A DNA stretch of 64,000 nucleotides from Octopus sinensis. Its lineage: Eukaryota. The translations under genes were made by a program, and so were the position numbers. Position 1 is the stretch's first letter. Each line of letters begins with the position of its first letter. Under the pieces are notes generated by a model. That model saw nothing but the letters and a program-made list of their open reading frames with translations. It searched no databases and was not told the origin of the DNA. The DNA is taken from positions 32,302,001 through 32,366,000 of the forward strand of contig NC_043008.1 in the NCBI RefSeq assembly GCF_006345805.1, given 5' to 3'. This document shows, piece by piece, positions 49,346 through 60,712 of this stretch.

Positions 49346-52300
49346 CCCTTTTCCTTGTTAATTCTCTGTGTCAGTATGTTCGGATGGTTGAGTCTGGGTT
49401 TGTACTTTTCAATGAAGAATGTTTCCTTGTTCAGTCTCATTTGTGTTGATGATCCGAAAGCACATTGGTAAAATGGGAAGATTAAAAATTGTGGCAGTAG
49501 TTGCTTTGCGCATTTCTCAATGTGCTCACTAAAAGGTATCATTCTATATTCTGGGAATGCAATCTGTTGTCGATGCAGAGTGCATCTGCGCCTGAGTGAT
49601 AGTCCTGTGGAACCCACGTAGTCTTGGTGGCAGCCCGAGCATTTATAACATAAATTATGTTTTCAGAGGCACAAGTAAAGTTAGATTTGATCTTAAATTT
49701 CTGTCCCTCTTTAAAGAAGAATTCTGATCCTTCCAATAGGTTAGGACATGTTGCACAGTTCGATCTACCACATTTTTTTACTTTTGCATCCGTAATTTTA
49801 GAAGACAATTTTGCCTTTGTGAGAATCTTTTTAAGTGATTTAGGCTGTTTGTAGCTTTTAATGATTTGGTGTATGTTTAGAATTTCCTTTAATTTTGGGT
49901 TTTTATGAAGTATTGGTAAATTCTGGGTGATGATGGTGAAGGCTTCTTTGTTTCTGGGGTTGTATGTAGATATGTAAGGTAGTATTTTCGGGGAAGGTGT
50001 GTTGTTGTGTTGAACTTTTCTTAAAGTTTCTATGTTGATTTCTGTTGCACGTCTGATCCCATCCTCTATGAGTTGAGCTGGGTAATGTCTGTCAATTAGG
50101 GTGTTTTTGAGTTCTTGCAGTCTAAAGTTCCTGGTATTTTGTTCTGACACTATTGTGCATATCCTTCTTGCAAGGTTGAAGGGGATGTTTGTTTAGTGTG
50201 TCTTGGGTGGCATGAATTAAAAAGAAGGTATTGTTTGGCGTCTGTGGCTTTGTAAAAAATGTCTGTTTCTATTTTAAGGTTAATTTTTTAATTAGTATAT
50301 CCAAGAACGGGAGCTCCTTTTGGTTGTATTCCATTGTGAACTGTATATTGGGTTTATGCTGTTCAATAGGTTTTTAAATTTTAGGAGTTTATCTATGTTT
50401 TCATTCCAGAGAATGAAACAATCGTCTAGGAATCGTTTCCAATTCTCTTTTATGTATTGAGAGAGGGAGTTTCCAAAGATTGATAGAGATTCCTGGTAAA
50501 TGATTATTTCCATGTATCCCATTGTTAAGTTCGCAATGACTGGTGCTGCCCTTGTACCCATAGCAATTCCGGATTTTTGACGGGTAAAATGTATTGTCAA
50601 ACATGAAGTGGTTATTGTGTAGGATGAATTCAATTGATTTAGTAATGAATTCCTTACTGATCCTTTTTGGTATTTCTTCCGGAAATTGGTCTAACCAGAA
50701 TTGTATTGCCTCCAGTCCATAATTATGAGGTATACTGGTATACAAGTTGACTACATCAAATGAAACCAGGATTGTTTCTTCCTTGGTTTTTTTTGGAAGG
50801 TGGTTTAACATATCTAAGTCATCTCTGATATGGCTATCGATATGTTTAAGGAAGGGTTTCAAGAGGATGTCCATAAGTAGACTTAGTCTGTGTGTGTTCA
50901 CAGGTTGGGCCAGCTACAATGGGTCGTAGTTTTAGGTCCCCCGGATTAGGTGTGTGTATGTATGTCTTTGGTGATTTTTTAATGGTTTCATTTATAATTT
51001 GACTTTTATGAATTTTTGGCAGACCATAGAAAAGGCTAGGTTTGCATTTAAAGTTTGTTAGGAAATCAATCTCTTTGGTTGTCAGTTCCTTTTCATGGGT
51101 TTTAATTAGTGAAGATAGAGTTTTCATTATTTTTTGTGGGGTGTAGTTGGTAATTTTTTCATAATGTAGGTCTTCATCAAGCAAGGAAGGAAATTAAGAT
51201 TTCTGTAGTAGTATGATGTATCCATTATTACAACTGCATTTCCCTTGTTCGCTTCCTTAATGGTTATATCTTCATCATTTGGAGTTCTATCAGTTCTTTC
51301 CATTGTGTAGTGTTAAAATTTGGGTTAGCTTTCTGTTTATGTATAGTATGGTAGGGGAAGTTCTCAATGTGGTTACAGACAGAATTCGTCAAGATCTTTA
51401 TTTCTTCCTCTGTGTGGGATGTGTTCACTTTTGTTCTTGACTAGTGATTCATCTTCAGTATTGAAACTGTTTGATGCTTCTGCTAGTCTTAATTTTCTGC
51501 AAAATTCTGTTATATTATCCTTGAGTTCATTTAGGTTTGCTCTGCGTGGAGTTGGTGTAAATTTGAGCCCTTTTGCGAGGATGTCAATTTTTATGTTAGA
51601 AAGAGGTTTGGTTGAAAGATTGATTATCTTCGGTTTTTCCTTATTACTAGGTTCCAGCCTGTGTCCTGGTGTCCCTGGTCCCTGGCTAAAAAATGTTGGG
51701 TGTAATTTTGTTTGTATGAGTTGTCTGTGAGGTTGTGTGGTATTTGGTCGGGGGAGGTGGTGGTATTGTTGCCTCCGATCGTTGTGTGTGTGTGGGAATC
51801 TATGGTTGTTAATGCTTGTGGTGTGTGTAAAATTTCTGTATGGGGAATATTTTTGTTTCGAACTTCTTGTATGTGGGATGTTGCTTGACATAGTGTTTCT
51901 TTGCGTTTGTCTTGTGTTTAGTGGGGACCAGTAGTTTTGGTTCATGGGGTAGTAGTGATTTGTGTGTGGGTATTTCTTATCCTAGTGTCGTATTGTGCTG
52001 TATGGTGGTTGGGTCTGGTATTAGGATGTTGTTGGTTTGTTTCTTTTTGGTTTTTTGTAAATTCTTTCATAGACGCGTCCTCTTTCAGCTAGTTCCCTGT
52101 TAGGTCTAGCGTGGTTTGTAAAGGTTGGTTGTGGGTGATTTCTGTTTTAGTGTATGGAGGATAGTTGGGGGTTGTTCGTGGGTTGTTAGGTTTTTCTTTT
52201 TTATTTATTGTAATTTTCTTAATGAAGGGATTATTTGTACCCAATTCATTTTTGAAGGTTTCACTATATTTTTGGAAGAAGTCCATGTTTTTTCCCAGCG

Positions 52301-52978
52301 TAGGAGAGAATTTCTCTCTTCTCTCTCACAGGAATCCTCCAGTGATCCAATGTATTATCGAGGGGTTGTCCCTCGGTATATTTTAGTATTAGATTGTGCA
52401 TCTCCTCGTCTATGCTTTTAAGTTTTTCTTCATTTGTGGAGGCCCTGAGTCTTAGAAGCTCTATTTCTGATTAAAATTGAACAGAGCTGACTTTTCTCTA
52501 ATAGATCTCTGTCCGTCAGGCTCGTTAGGAATTAATTTTATCTGGAATTTGCGTGGGAGGATAATTGGTGTTGAGTTTATCCATCCCTCGTAGATATCTG
52601 CTTTGTGGAATTTTTATCATGTTCCAGAAGGTGAGTTTTCTGTTGTGCAGGTTTGTATTCCAAACGTTTCCTATTTTTCTTTTTGTTGGGTTGGTTGGGG
52701 TGCGTATGGTGTCCTGCTGTGTTTCATTAGGTGCCTGTGTATTATTTTCGGATTTGTTGATGAAAATTGAGTTCAGTGTTGTATATAACAGTTGTAGATC
52801 CTTACTCACCTGGTCAGTGTGTAACGGGTTGCATCTTCATTGCTTTTACTTTCCCGGGCGAGTAAGTTTGATTCCTCGATTTTGTGTTCAGGTTAAGAAG
52901 CTGTGAATTAATATTTTTCAGTTCTTTGAGTATGTCCTCATTTAAGGTTTTGTCCGAGGTGTTTGACTTCTGTGGCAT
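49315..52978 (-). CDS. PLE polyprotein (long N-terminus + RT + GIY-YIG), multiple 1-bp frameshifts
   Basis: ATG at 52978 (MPQKSNTSDKTLNEDILKELK...); KEA.KGNAVV, YGLPKIHK, RPIV, SFDVVNLYTSIP, GIAMG, RFLDD, CGRSNCATC, IYVI.C..C..YVGST. Confidence 0.85.
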
Positions 52979-53180
52979 TTTCGTTCTCACGTGTTTAATA
53001 TATAGATAAGAAGTTTGTTTGGTAAAGCACGTGGGTGAATATATAAGAAAATAGTAAAGTGTGAAAAAACGACAGAAGGCTTAAATGTTAAAAAATATAT
53101 ATATTTGTGTCAAAATGTCTGGAGAATATTGGAAAAATTTTTTTTCCTTTCTTAAAATGACATAATTTTAAAAATTTTTA

Positions 53181-53219
53181 AAGAAATTACGGTTTCGCGT
53201 GTAGCTTTTCAAATTTCTT
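53181..53219 (-). ncRNA. hammerhead copy in the 5' pLTR (1-nt deletion in stem III)
   Basis: Same motif, but GAAACCGUA instead of GAAACCGGUA. Confidence 0.55.
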
Positions 53220-53328
53220 GTGACGTTATGTTTATATTGCATGGAATTATCGTTGTTTTTATTTCCAGGAGATTTCTAAATAAGGGGAGGTAGTGAGTGA
53301 TTTTTTCCGGTGTAGGGGAGATAATCGC

Positions 53329-53361
<33 letters not shown>

Positions 53362-53850
53362 CCCTTTTCCTTGTTAATTTCTCTGTGTCAGTATGTTCGG
53401 ATGGTTGAGTCTGGGTTTGTACTTTTCAATGAAGAATGTTTCCTTGTTCAGTCTCATTTGTGTTGATGATCCGAAAGCACATTGGTAAAATGGGAAGATT
53501 AAAAATTGTGGCAGTAGTTGCTTTGCGCATTTCTCAATGTGCTCACTAAAAGGTATCAGGATAATATAACAGAATTTTGCAGAAAATTAAGACTAGCAGA
53601 AGCATCAAACAGTTTCAATACTGAAGATGAATCACTAGTCAAGAACAAAAGTGAACACATCCCACACAGAGGAAGAAATAAAGATCTTGACGAATTCTGT
53701 AACCACATTGAGAACTTCCCCTACCAACTATACATAAACAGAAAGCTAACCCAAATTTTAACACTACACAATGGAAAGAACTGATAAGAACTCCAAAATG
53801 ATGAAGATATAACCATTAAGGAAGCGGACAAGGGAAATGCAGTTGTAATA

Positions 53851-55739
53851 ATGGATACATCATACTACAGAAATCTTGTAATTTCCTTGCTTGATGAAGA
53901 CCTACATTATGAAAAAATTACCAACTACACCCCACAAAAAATAATGAAAACTCTATCTTCACTAATTAAAACCCATGAAAAGGAACTGACAACCAAAGAG
54001 ATTGATTTCCTAACAAACTTTAAATGCAAACCTAGCCTTTTCTATGGTCTGCCAAAAATTCATAAAAGTCAAATTATAAATGAAACCATTAAAAAATCAC
54101 CAAAGACATACATACACACACCTAATCCGGGGGACCTAAAACTACGACCCATTGTAGCTGGCCCAACCTGTGAAACACACAGACTAAGTCTACTTATGGA
54201 CATCCTCTTGAAACCCTTCCTTAAACATATCGATAGCCATATCAGAGATGACTTAGATATGTTAAACCACCTTCCAAAAAAAACCAAGAAGGAAGAAACA
54301 ATCCTGGTTTCATTTGATGTAGTCAACTTGTATACCAGTATACCTCATAATTATGGACTGGAGGCAATACAATTCTGGTTAGACCAATTTCCGGAAGAAA
54401 TACCAAAAAGGATCAGTAAGGAATTCATTACTAAATCAATTGAATTCATCCTACACAATAACCACTTCATGTTTGACAATACATTTTACCGTCAAAAATC
54501 CGGAATTGCTATGGGTACAAGGGCAGCACCAGTCATTGCGAACTTAACAATGGGATACATGGAAATAATCATTTACCAGGAATCTCTATCAATCTTTGGA
54601 AACTCCCTCTCTCAATACATAAAAGAGAATTGGAAACGATTCCTAGACGATTGTTTCATTCTCTGGAATGAAAACATAGATAAACTCCTAAAATTTAAAA
54701 ACCTATTGAACAGCATAAACCCAAATATACAGTTCACAATGGAATACAACCAAAAGGAGCTCCCGTTCTTGGATATACTAATTAAAAAAATTAACCTTAA
54801 AATAGAAACAGACATTTTTTACAAAGCCACAGACGCCAAACAATACCTTCTTTTTAATTCATGCCACCCAAGACACACTAAAACAAACATCCCCTTCAAC
54901 CTTGCAAGAAGGATATGCACAATAGTGTCAGAACAAAATACCAGGAACTTTAGACTGCAAGAACTCAAAAACACCCTAATTGACAGACATTACCCAGCTC
55001 AACTCATAGAGGATGGGATCAGACGTGCAACAGAAATCAACATAGAAACTTTAAGAAAAGTTCAACACAACAACACACCTTCCCCGAAAATACTACCTTA
55101 CATATCTACATACAACCCCAGAAACAAAGAAGCCTTCACCATCATCACCCAGAATTTACCAATACTTCATAAAAACCCAAAATTAAAGGAAATTCTAAAC
55201 ATACACCAAATCATTAAAAGCTACAAACAGCCTAAATCACTTAAAAAGATTCTCACAAAGGCAAAATTGTCTTCTAAAATTACGGATGCAAAAGTAAAAA
55301 AATGTGGTAGATCGAATGTGCAACATGTCCTAACCTATTGGAAGGATCAGAATTCTTCTTTAAAGAGGGACAGAAATTTAAGATCAAATCTAACTTTACT
55401 TGTGCCTCTGAAAACATAATTTATGTTATTAAATGCTCGGGCTGCCACCAAGACTACGTGGGTTCCACGGGACTATCACTCAGGCGCAGATGCACTCTGC
55501 ATCGACAACAGATTGCATTCCCAGAATATAGAATGATACCTTTTAGTGAGCACATTGAGAAATGCGCAAAGCAACTACTGCCACAATTTTTAATCTTCCC
55601 ATTTTACCAATGCGCTTTCGGATCATCAACACAAATGAGACTGAACAAGGAAACATTCTTCATTGAAAAGTACAAACCCAGACTCAACCATCCGAACATA
55701 CTGACACAGAGAAAAAAAAAAAAAAAAAAAAAATTTTAA
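53851..55739 (+). CDS. PLE reverse transcriptase + GIY-YIG endonuclease (one frameshift near 55315)
   Basis: 522-aa ORF with PLE RT motifs (YGLPKIHK, DVVNLYTSIP, GIAMGT.AAP..ANL.M, RFLDD, LPFLD, SCHP); continues in the next frame with IYVIKCSGCHQDYVGST. Confidence 0.92.
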
Positions 55740-55848
55740 GCGATTATCTCCCCTACACCGGAAAAAATCACTCACTACCTCCCCTTATTTAGAAATCTCC
55801 TGGAAATAAAAACAACGATAATTCCATGCAATATAAACATAACGTCAC

Positions 55849-55888
55849 AAGAAATTTGAAAAGCTACACGCGAAACCGGTAATTTCTT
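55849..55888 (+). ncRNA. minimal type I hammerhead ribozyme, U3-A8 variant (right copy)
   Basis: 7-bp stem I AAGAAAU/AUUUCUU, core UUGAAAA...GAAA, 2-bp stem II, palindromic ACCGGU stem III, GUA cleavage triplet (predicted cut 55881/55882). Confidence 0.72.
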
Positions 55889-56065
55889 TAAAAATTTTTA
55901 AAATTATGTCATTTTAAGGAAAGGAAAAAAATTTTTTCCAATATTCTCCAGACATTTTGACACAAATATATATATTTTTTAACATTTAGCCTTCTGTCGT
56001 TTTTTCACACTTTACTATTTTCTTATATATTCACCCACGTGCTTTACCAAACAAACTTTCTTATC

Positions 56066-56097
<32 letters not shown>

Positions 56098-56122
56098 GTA
56101 TGTATATATATATATATATATA

Positions 56123-56156
<34 letters not shown>

Positions 56157-56212
56157 CGTTTAAATATTGTTGTTGTGCATATACATATACAGACATATAT
56201 ATTACATATATA

Positions 56213-56932
56213 CGAGGGCGTATGAAAAGTCTTGGGCCTCAAAAAACAAAACATGCTGCAACCTTAAATTTAACACCGTTCCGCTAAACGCAGAAAATTT
56301 TCTATCTCGCTATTGGCTAAAAATACACTTTTATTTTCGGTTTTTAAACTTCTGTAACTTTTACCTCCAATTTTTTTCTCCACAACATCAAACCTTCAGA
56401 GCAATAAGACTGGAAAACAATATTATAGCCGATTTTCAGATGTTTTACTGTCTTTTAAAAAATGCATACTTCGCGAATGAAAAAAAGCAGTTAACTTTAC
56501 TGATCCGTTAATTCTTTGAAAGTGTAACGAAGTTAACGTAAATCCGTTAACATTAACTTTTATTGAAAAAAGACATAACCTACAGTTTAATACCCCACCG
56601 ACTTTGTTGTCTCATAACTGCCAGAAAAATGTATACTTTTAAAACGAAGCTTTCACCATATAATCGCTTATATCCTGTAGATTAAGTGTATGCAAAGATT
56701 TGTTGGAAAAAATTTTCCAAGGGGTTGGGATGAGGAGTTTCGAAAATTCACATGATCTGACATTTTCCATCTCATAACTTTCTGGAAAATAGGTATTTTA
56801 GATGAAATTTTATACAAATACATTTCAAACGGTTCAGATTTCAATTATAAAGAAATTCGCAGGCAAAATTTTTGGAAGGGAGCGGAAGGGGTGAGGTTCT
56901 GAAAAAGGGAGTTTCGGTTCAGACGGCCCTCA
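56213..56932. mobile_element. non-autonomous mariner-like element
   Basis: TA|CGAGGGCG at left and CGGCCCTCA|TA at right (TA-(C/T)GAGGGC termini). Confidence 0.5.
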
Positions 56933-57439
56933 TAAGTTGGAATTTCTCCGTTTTGACGGGGATTTTTTCCAATGTTTTTCACCAGTCTTCAGAATGATTG
57001 GAGGCATCTTTTCACGAATTTTTTTTTTTTTTTCAATTTTGAAAAAAAATTTTTTTTCACTCCCACTACCCTCGCTACCCCAATCCAAAACGATTTTGCC
57101 TTTTTTTTTTCACTACGCCCTTAAAACCTGTGAGAGAAACATTTTTGGTTTTAAAATATTGTTAATAATTTCAGAGGAAAATGTGTGGTTTAAAGATCTG
57201 GCTGTTGTTTCTGGCACATCCCCAAACCTCCCTCGTTTCTCTCTCATTCACACATCTATTGATATTTTTCTTCTCATAAACAAATTTTATAGAATGATAA
57301 TATCAAAGTAACACACGTGTAGTCCCAATCGAGTGAGGCCGTGGTGTGTGTGTGTGTTTGTGTGTTTGTGTGTGTGTGTGTGTGTGTATGTGTGTGTGTG
57401 TGCGTGTGCGCGCGTCTATGTGTGTGCGTGTGTGCGTCT

Positions 57440-57625
57440 TTGTGTTTGTGCTTGTTCCCCACCACTGCTTGACAACCGATATTGGTTTGTTTACATCGCT
57501 GTTTGATATACGCGATTGATAGAATAAGTACCAGGCTTTAGAAAAATAATACTGGGGTCGATTTGTTTGACTAAAACCTGACAAAGCTGAGCTGCAGTCC
57601 AATGCCTGAAACAATATAAAAGAGA
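57440..57625 (+). mobile_element. SINE 3' module after (TG)n
   Basis: Matches 1420-1630 and 40845-41060. Confidence 0.7.
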
Positions 57626-58261
57626 AGTCGATGTCCTCCACGAAGCATAATCTATTCCAGTTAGCAAGCAAGGGAGACCACTCTGGTTCTTAACTGCTCT
57701 CAACAGAGGTTTTCACTTTTGTTTACTGTTCTTGTAGTTCCTGATTTATATACATTTTAGCTTTAAAAAACATTGAGTAAAGAAGCTGGTAAACAAGATT
57801 AATACAAAATTTAATCATAAATATGCTGTTAGTGCTGCTTTATACCTAAATTTTCGGCGATCTTTGGTTTTTAGCTCGCATTATCGGTGCACAGGACAAG
57901 AAATGAAACTGACCAGTCCGAGAAATTACAAAAATAAACTTGGATATCCCGAATACGCGGGACGTATTTGTGAATATTAAAAGTTATTAAATAATCTGTT
58001 TAATAACTTTTTAATATTTTATTTTTACTTTTTAATGATTTAACTTCTTTCATATCAAATTCAATGTTAAATTAATTTTCTTAAATTAACTAAATGTTAA
58101 ATTAACTTTGAAAGGCCTACAAATTATAATCATTTTGTCACTCTTTTATAGGCACGTTTTAAATTGATTCTGTCTTAATCTTATTAGGAAGGATTACTAG
58201 AAAAATAAACCAACCTTAAACAACAACACCAACACCAACACCACCACCACCAACAATAATA

Positions 58262-58470
58262 ATCCTTTCTCCTATAGGCAAAAGGCCTGAAATTGGGGGA
58301 GGAGGATAGTCGATTATATCGACCCCAGTACTCGACCGATACTTTTTTCATCGACCCGAAAGGAAGAAAGAAAAAGTCGACTTCGGTGGAATTTGAACTC
58401 AGAACGTAAGAACGGGTGAAATACCGCTAAGCATTTTGTCCGGCGTGCCAACAATTCTGTCAGCTCGTCC
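58262..58470 (-). mobile_element. tRNA-derived SINE monomer
   Basis: Family consensus match. Confidence 0.8.
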
Positions 58471-58658
58471 CTACAAAGAGCAAAAACGTCGTATGAGCAA
58501 AACCTGGAAGGAGTCACCGAGAATAAAAATTGCAAAATCCTGTGGGATGCTATGATTCAGTGCGATATCCTGACCAGACATCGGAAACTGGACATTGCTG
58601 TGGATTTAAAAAAAGAGAAAGAACATGCATAATAATCAACATAGCATGTCCGGGTGAC

Positions 58659-59491
58659 GAAAATGTTTTCCCACGAGAGTTCCAGACCCCAGGAATGAAC
58701 TCATTTGCATACAGCCAATTAAAGCAGAGCCACATTTACCTTCCTTCCTTTCTAGTCAGCACCGTGCATTCCTTACTCTTTCCCTCTCTACTGGTAGACA
58801 GCAACCTTTTTGTCACTATCGAAAAAACATTTCGTTATCACTACAAGTACTACTTTTCTAACTACTTGACGGGCAAACGAATGTAAATAATATTTCTTCC
58901 TTCTTGCTGTCGATCCGTTGATGTTCACTGGTTACTCCGACGTTGGCACAATAATACACTTGTCCAAACTGAATTGTTGGAGTTATTTCATTTTTTCCAG
59001 AAAAATGTTTTTAAAAAGTTATAGAAGTTAAAAGTTTGATCGTTTTCACCCAATCAGGCGATAAGATAAGGTCACTTGGTTAAGAAATGATCATGCTTCT
59101 TTTCTCTTTTAATAATACTTGTTGTTCTTGTTTCAAACATGGCTGCCTCTGTGTGGTTATTTGTGTTGTTGTTTAATTTGTAAAATAGTAAGAGGAGAGG
59201 GCTGCCAGCACATCACCCGCTACCCACATTTTTCCTATCCACATCTTTACGATATGGGGCCCTAACAAAATCCGATAATAGGTATAGATGCAAATCTATC
59301 TCATTACTTGTCTCCTAAAATAATGCATAGCTTGGCGATCGGTCGATTTACAAAACCGTTCTTCGTCTTGAGTTTACTTGGTAGACTGTGTTTGTTAACT
59401 TGACAACAAGGTCAAGGTGAGCTCTGATTGGCTGTATGCAAATGAATTCATTACTGGGATCCGGAACTCTCGTGGGGAAAAAATTTCGCGC
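58659..59491. mobile_element. non-autonomous DNA transposon with about 65-bp TIRs
   Basis: TIRs 58659-58725 and 59421-59488 (ttttcccacgagagttcc...tcatttgcatacagccaat); flanking duplication tccg(g)gtgac. Confidence 0.75.
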
Positions 59492-59631
59492 TCCGGTGAC
59501 GACAGGATCAAAAAGAAAGAAGAAAAACTGAACAGCTATGACGATTTGAAGTGGGAAATACTAAGGTTGTGGTCAATGAGGAGAGTAGATGAAATACCAA
59601 TAATAATTGTTGCACTTGGAAGTATCAGCAC

Positions 59632-60292
59632 CAATGGCAGCTCGTAGATAAAATTAGTGGGGGTGCTGCTTCAGAACATTTTTAGCCGTTGTTTTAATAT
59701 TGTGTAAAAGGAAACAAACATATAAAAAGAATGTTTATGCATAAACTTGGTCGGTTCACGTTTTAGTGACTGCCGGGTAGTGTCTACTGAACACCGACGC
59801 GAATCCACCCTTGTTTTTCAAAAATTCCCCCTAAATTGCAAAATAAGCGGGGTGCGGGGATCTGCCCTATTTTTCAAATCCTGAAACACATTTTTAAGCA
59901 CAACACACGCAGAGTCTTAAAAAAACACTGCCTTTCACCGGTACTGCGTGAACGACAAAGCTCTGTCTCCCTAGCGTGAAACTTCCTATCTCGGACATGT
60001 GAGCATGCACACAACAGCCAAACACCGCGAAAACAGCCAAACACATGTGAGCATGCGTACAACAACCAAACACTGTGAAGCGCAGATTTCTATACAAGAA
60101 TTTTTGTATTTTTTTTCATAAACTAGGGGATGGCTACTGACATTACGCTTAAGGATTATGTAATGTACAAGTATAAAGAAAGAATTTATTTTTCAAAAAG
60201 GATCCATTATATTGAATGTTATCGATAATATCGAGTAGAAATGGGTGGGGGAGTGCTGCAATTACGCAGTGCCTATACACGAGCCGCCACTG
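59632..60292. mobile_element. hAT-like non-autonomous element
   Basis: TIRs caatggcagctcgt / acgagccgccactg; 8-bp TSD atcagcac (59624-59631) / atcagccc (60293-60300). Confidence 0.75.
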
Positions 60293-60524
60293 ATCAGCCC
60301 TCAGCTACCAACATGGCTCAAAAAGATTGGTACAAATGTAATGGTAGAAAAACCTACAAAAATCAGTATTACTTGGAACTGCAAGAATACTTCGCAGGGT
60401 TCTTGAAGCATGACCAGTATACAAGCGTCACTTTAGTCTGCTGGTTGTGGACAGCTGACACTTTCCATCATACCCAGCAAAATAAACTGATAGTTTTCAT
60501 CAAATAATAATAATAGTCTTTTCT

Positions 60525-60712
60525 TGTTTTAGCACAAGGCCGGTTAATTTGATGAGTGGGAAAATCTATTACATCGACCCAGTGCGTGACTAGTACTTAT
60601 TTTATCGACCCCGAAAGATGAAAGGCAAAGTCAACCTCGATAGCATTTGAACTCAGGGTGTAAAGACAGAAATAGGCATTTTGTCCTATGCTTTAACGAT
60701 TCTGCTCGCTCA
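60525..60712 (-). mobile_element. tRNA-derived SINE monomer
   Basis: Family consensus match. Confidence 0.7.

Larger units (their letters stand above)
49031..53558 (-). mobile_element. full-length Penelope-like element (Neptune-like) with 5' and 3' pseudo-LTRs
   Basis: About 500-bp direct repeats 53045-53558 and 49031-49531 (end of GIY-YIG ORF + A-run + 3' UTR) flanking a long ORF. Confidence 0.92.
53559..56070 (+). mobile_element. inverted, 5'-truncated second copy of the same PLE
   Basis: Near-identical reverse complement of 49031-51520; junction ...ggtatca|ggataat at 53558/53559; ends in (TA)n. Confidence 0.92.
58480..60515 (+). pseudogene. 3' end of an R4/Dong-like RLE retrotransposon in three pieces
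   Basis: 58480-58658 YEQNLEGVTENKNCKILWD..IQCD...HRKLDIAV...CIIINIACPGD; 59492-59631 DRIKKKEEKLNSYDDLKWEILRLW...PIIIVALGSIS; 60293-60410 PQLPTWLKKIG...LQKSVLLGTARILRRVL*; 3' UTR to (AAT)n. Confidence 0.8.

Noticed and set aside
49315-55739. Possible selenocysteine (in-frame TGA) recoding in the PLE ORF
   Set aside because: In the duplicated RT/endonuclease region the breaks are copy-specific 1-bp indels, not shared in-frame TGA codons
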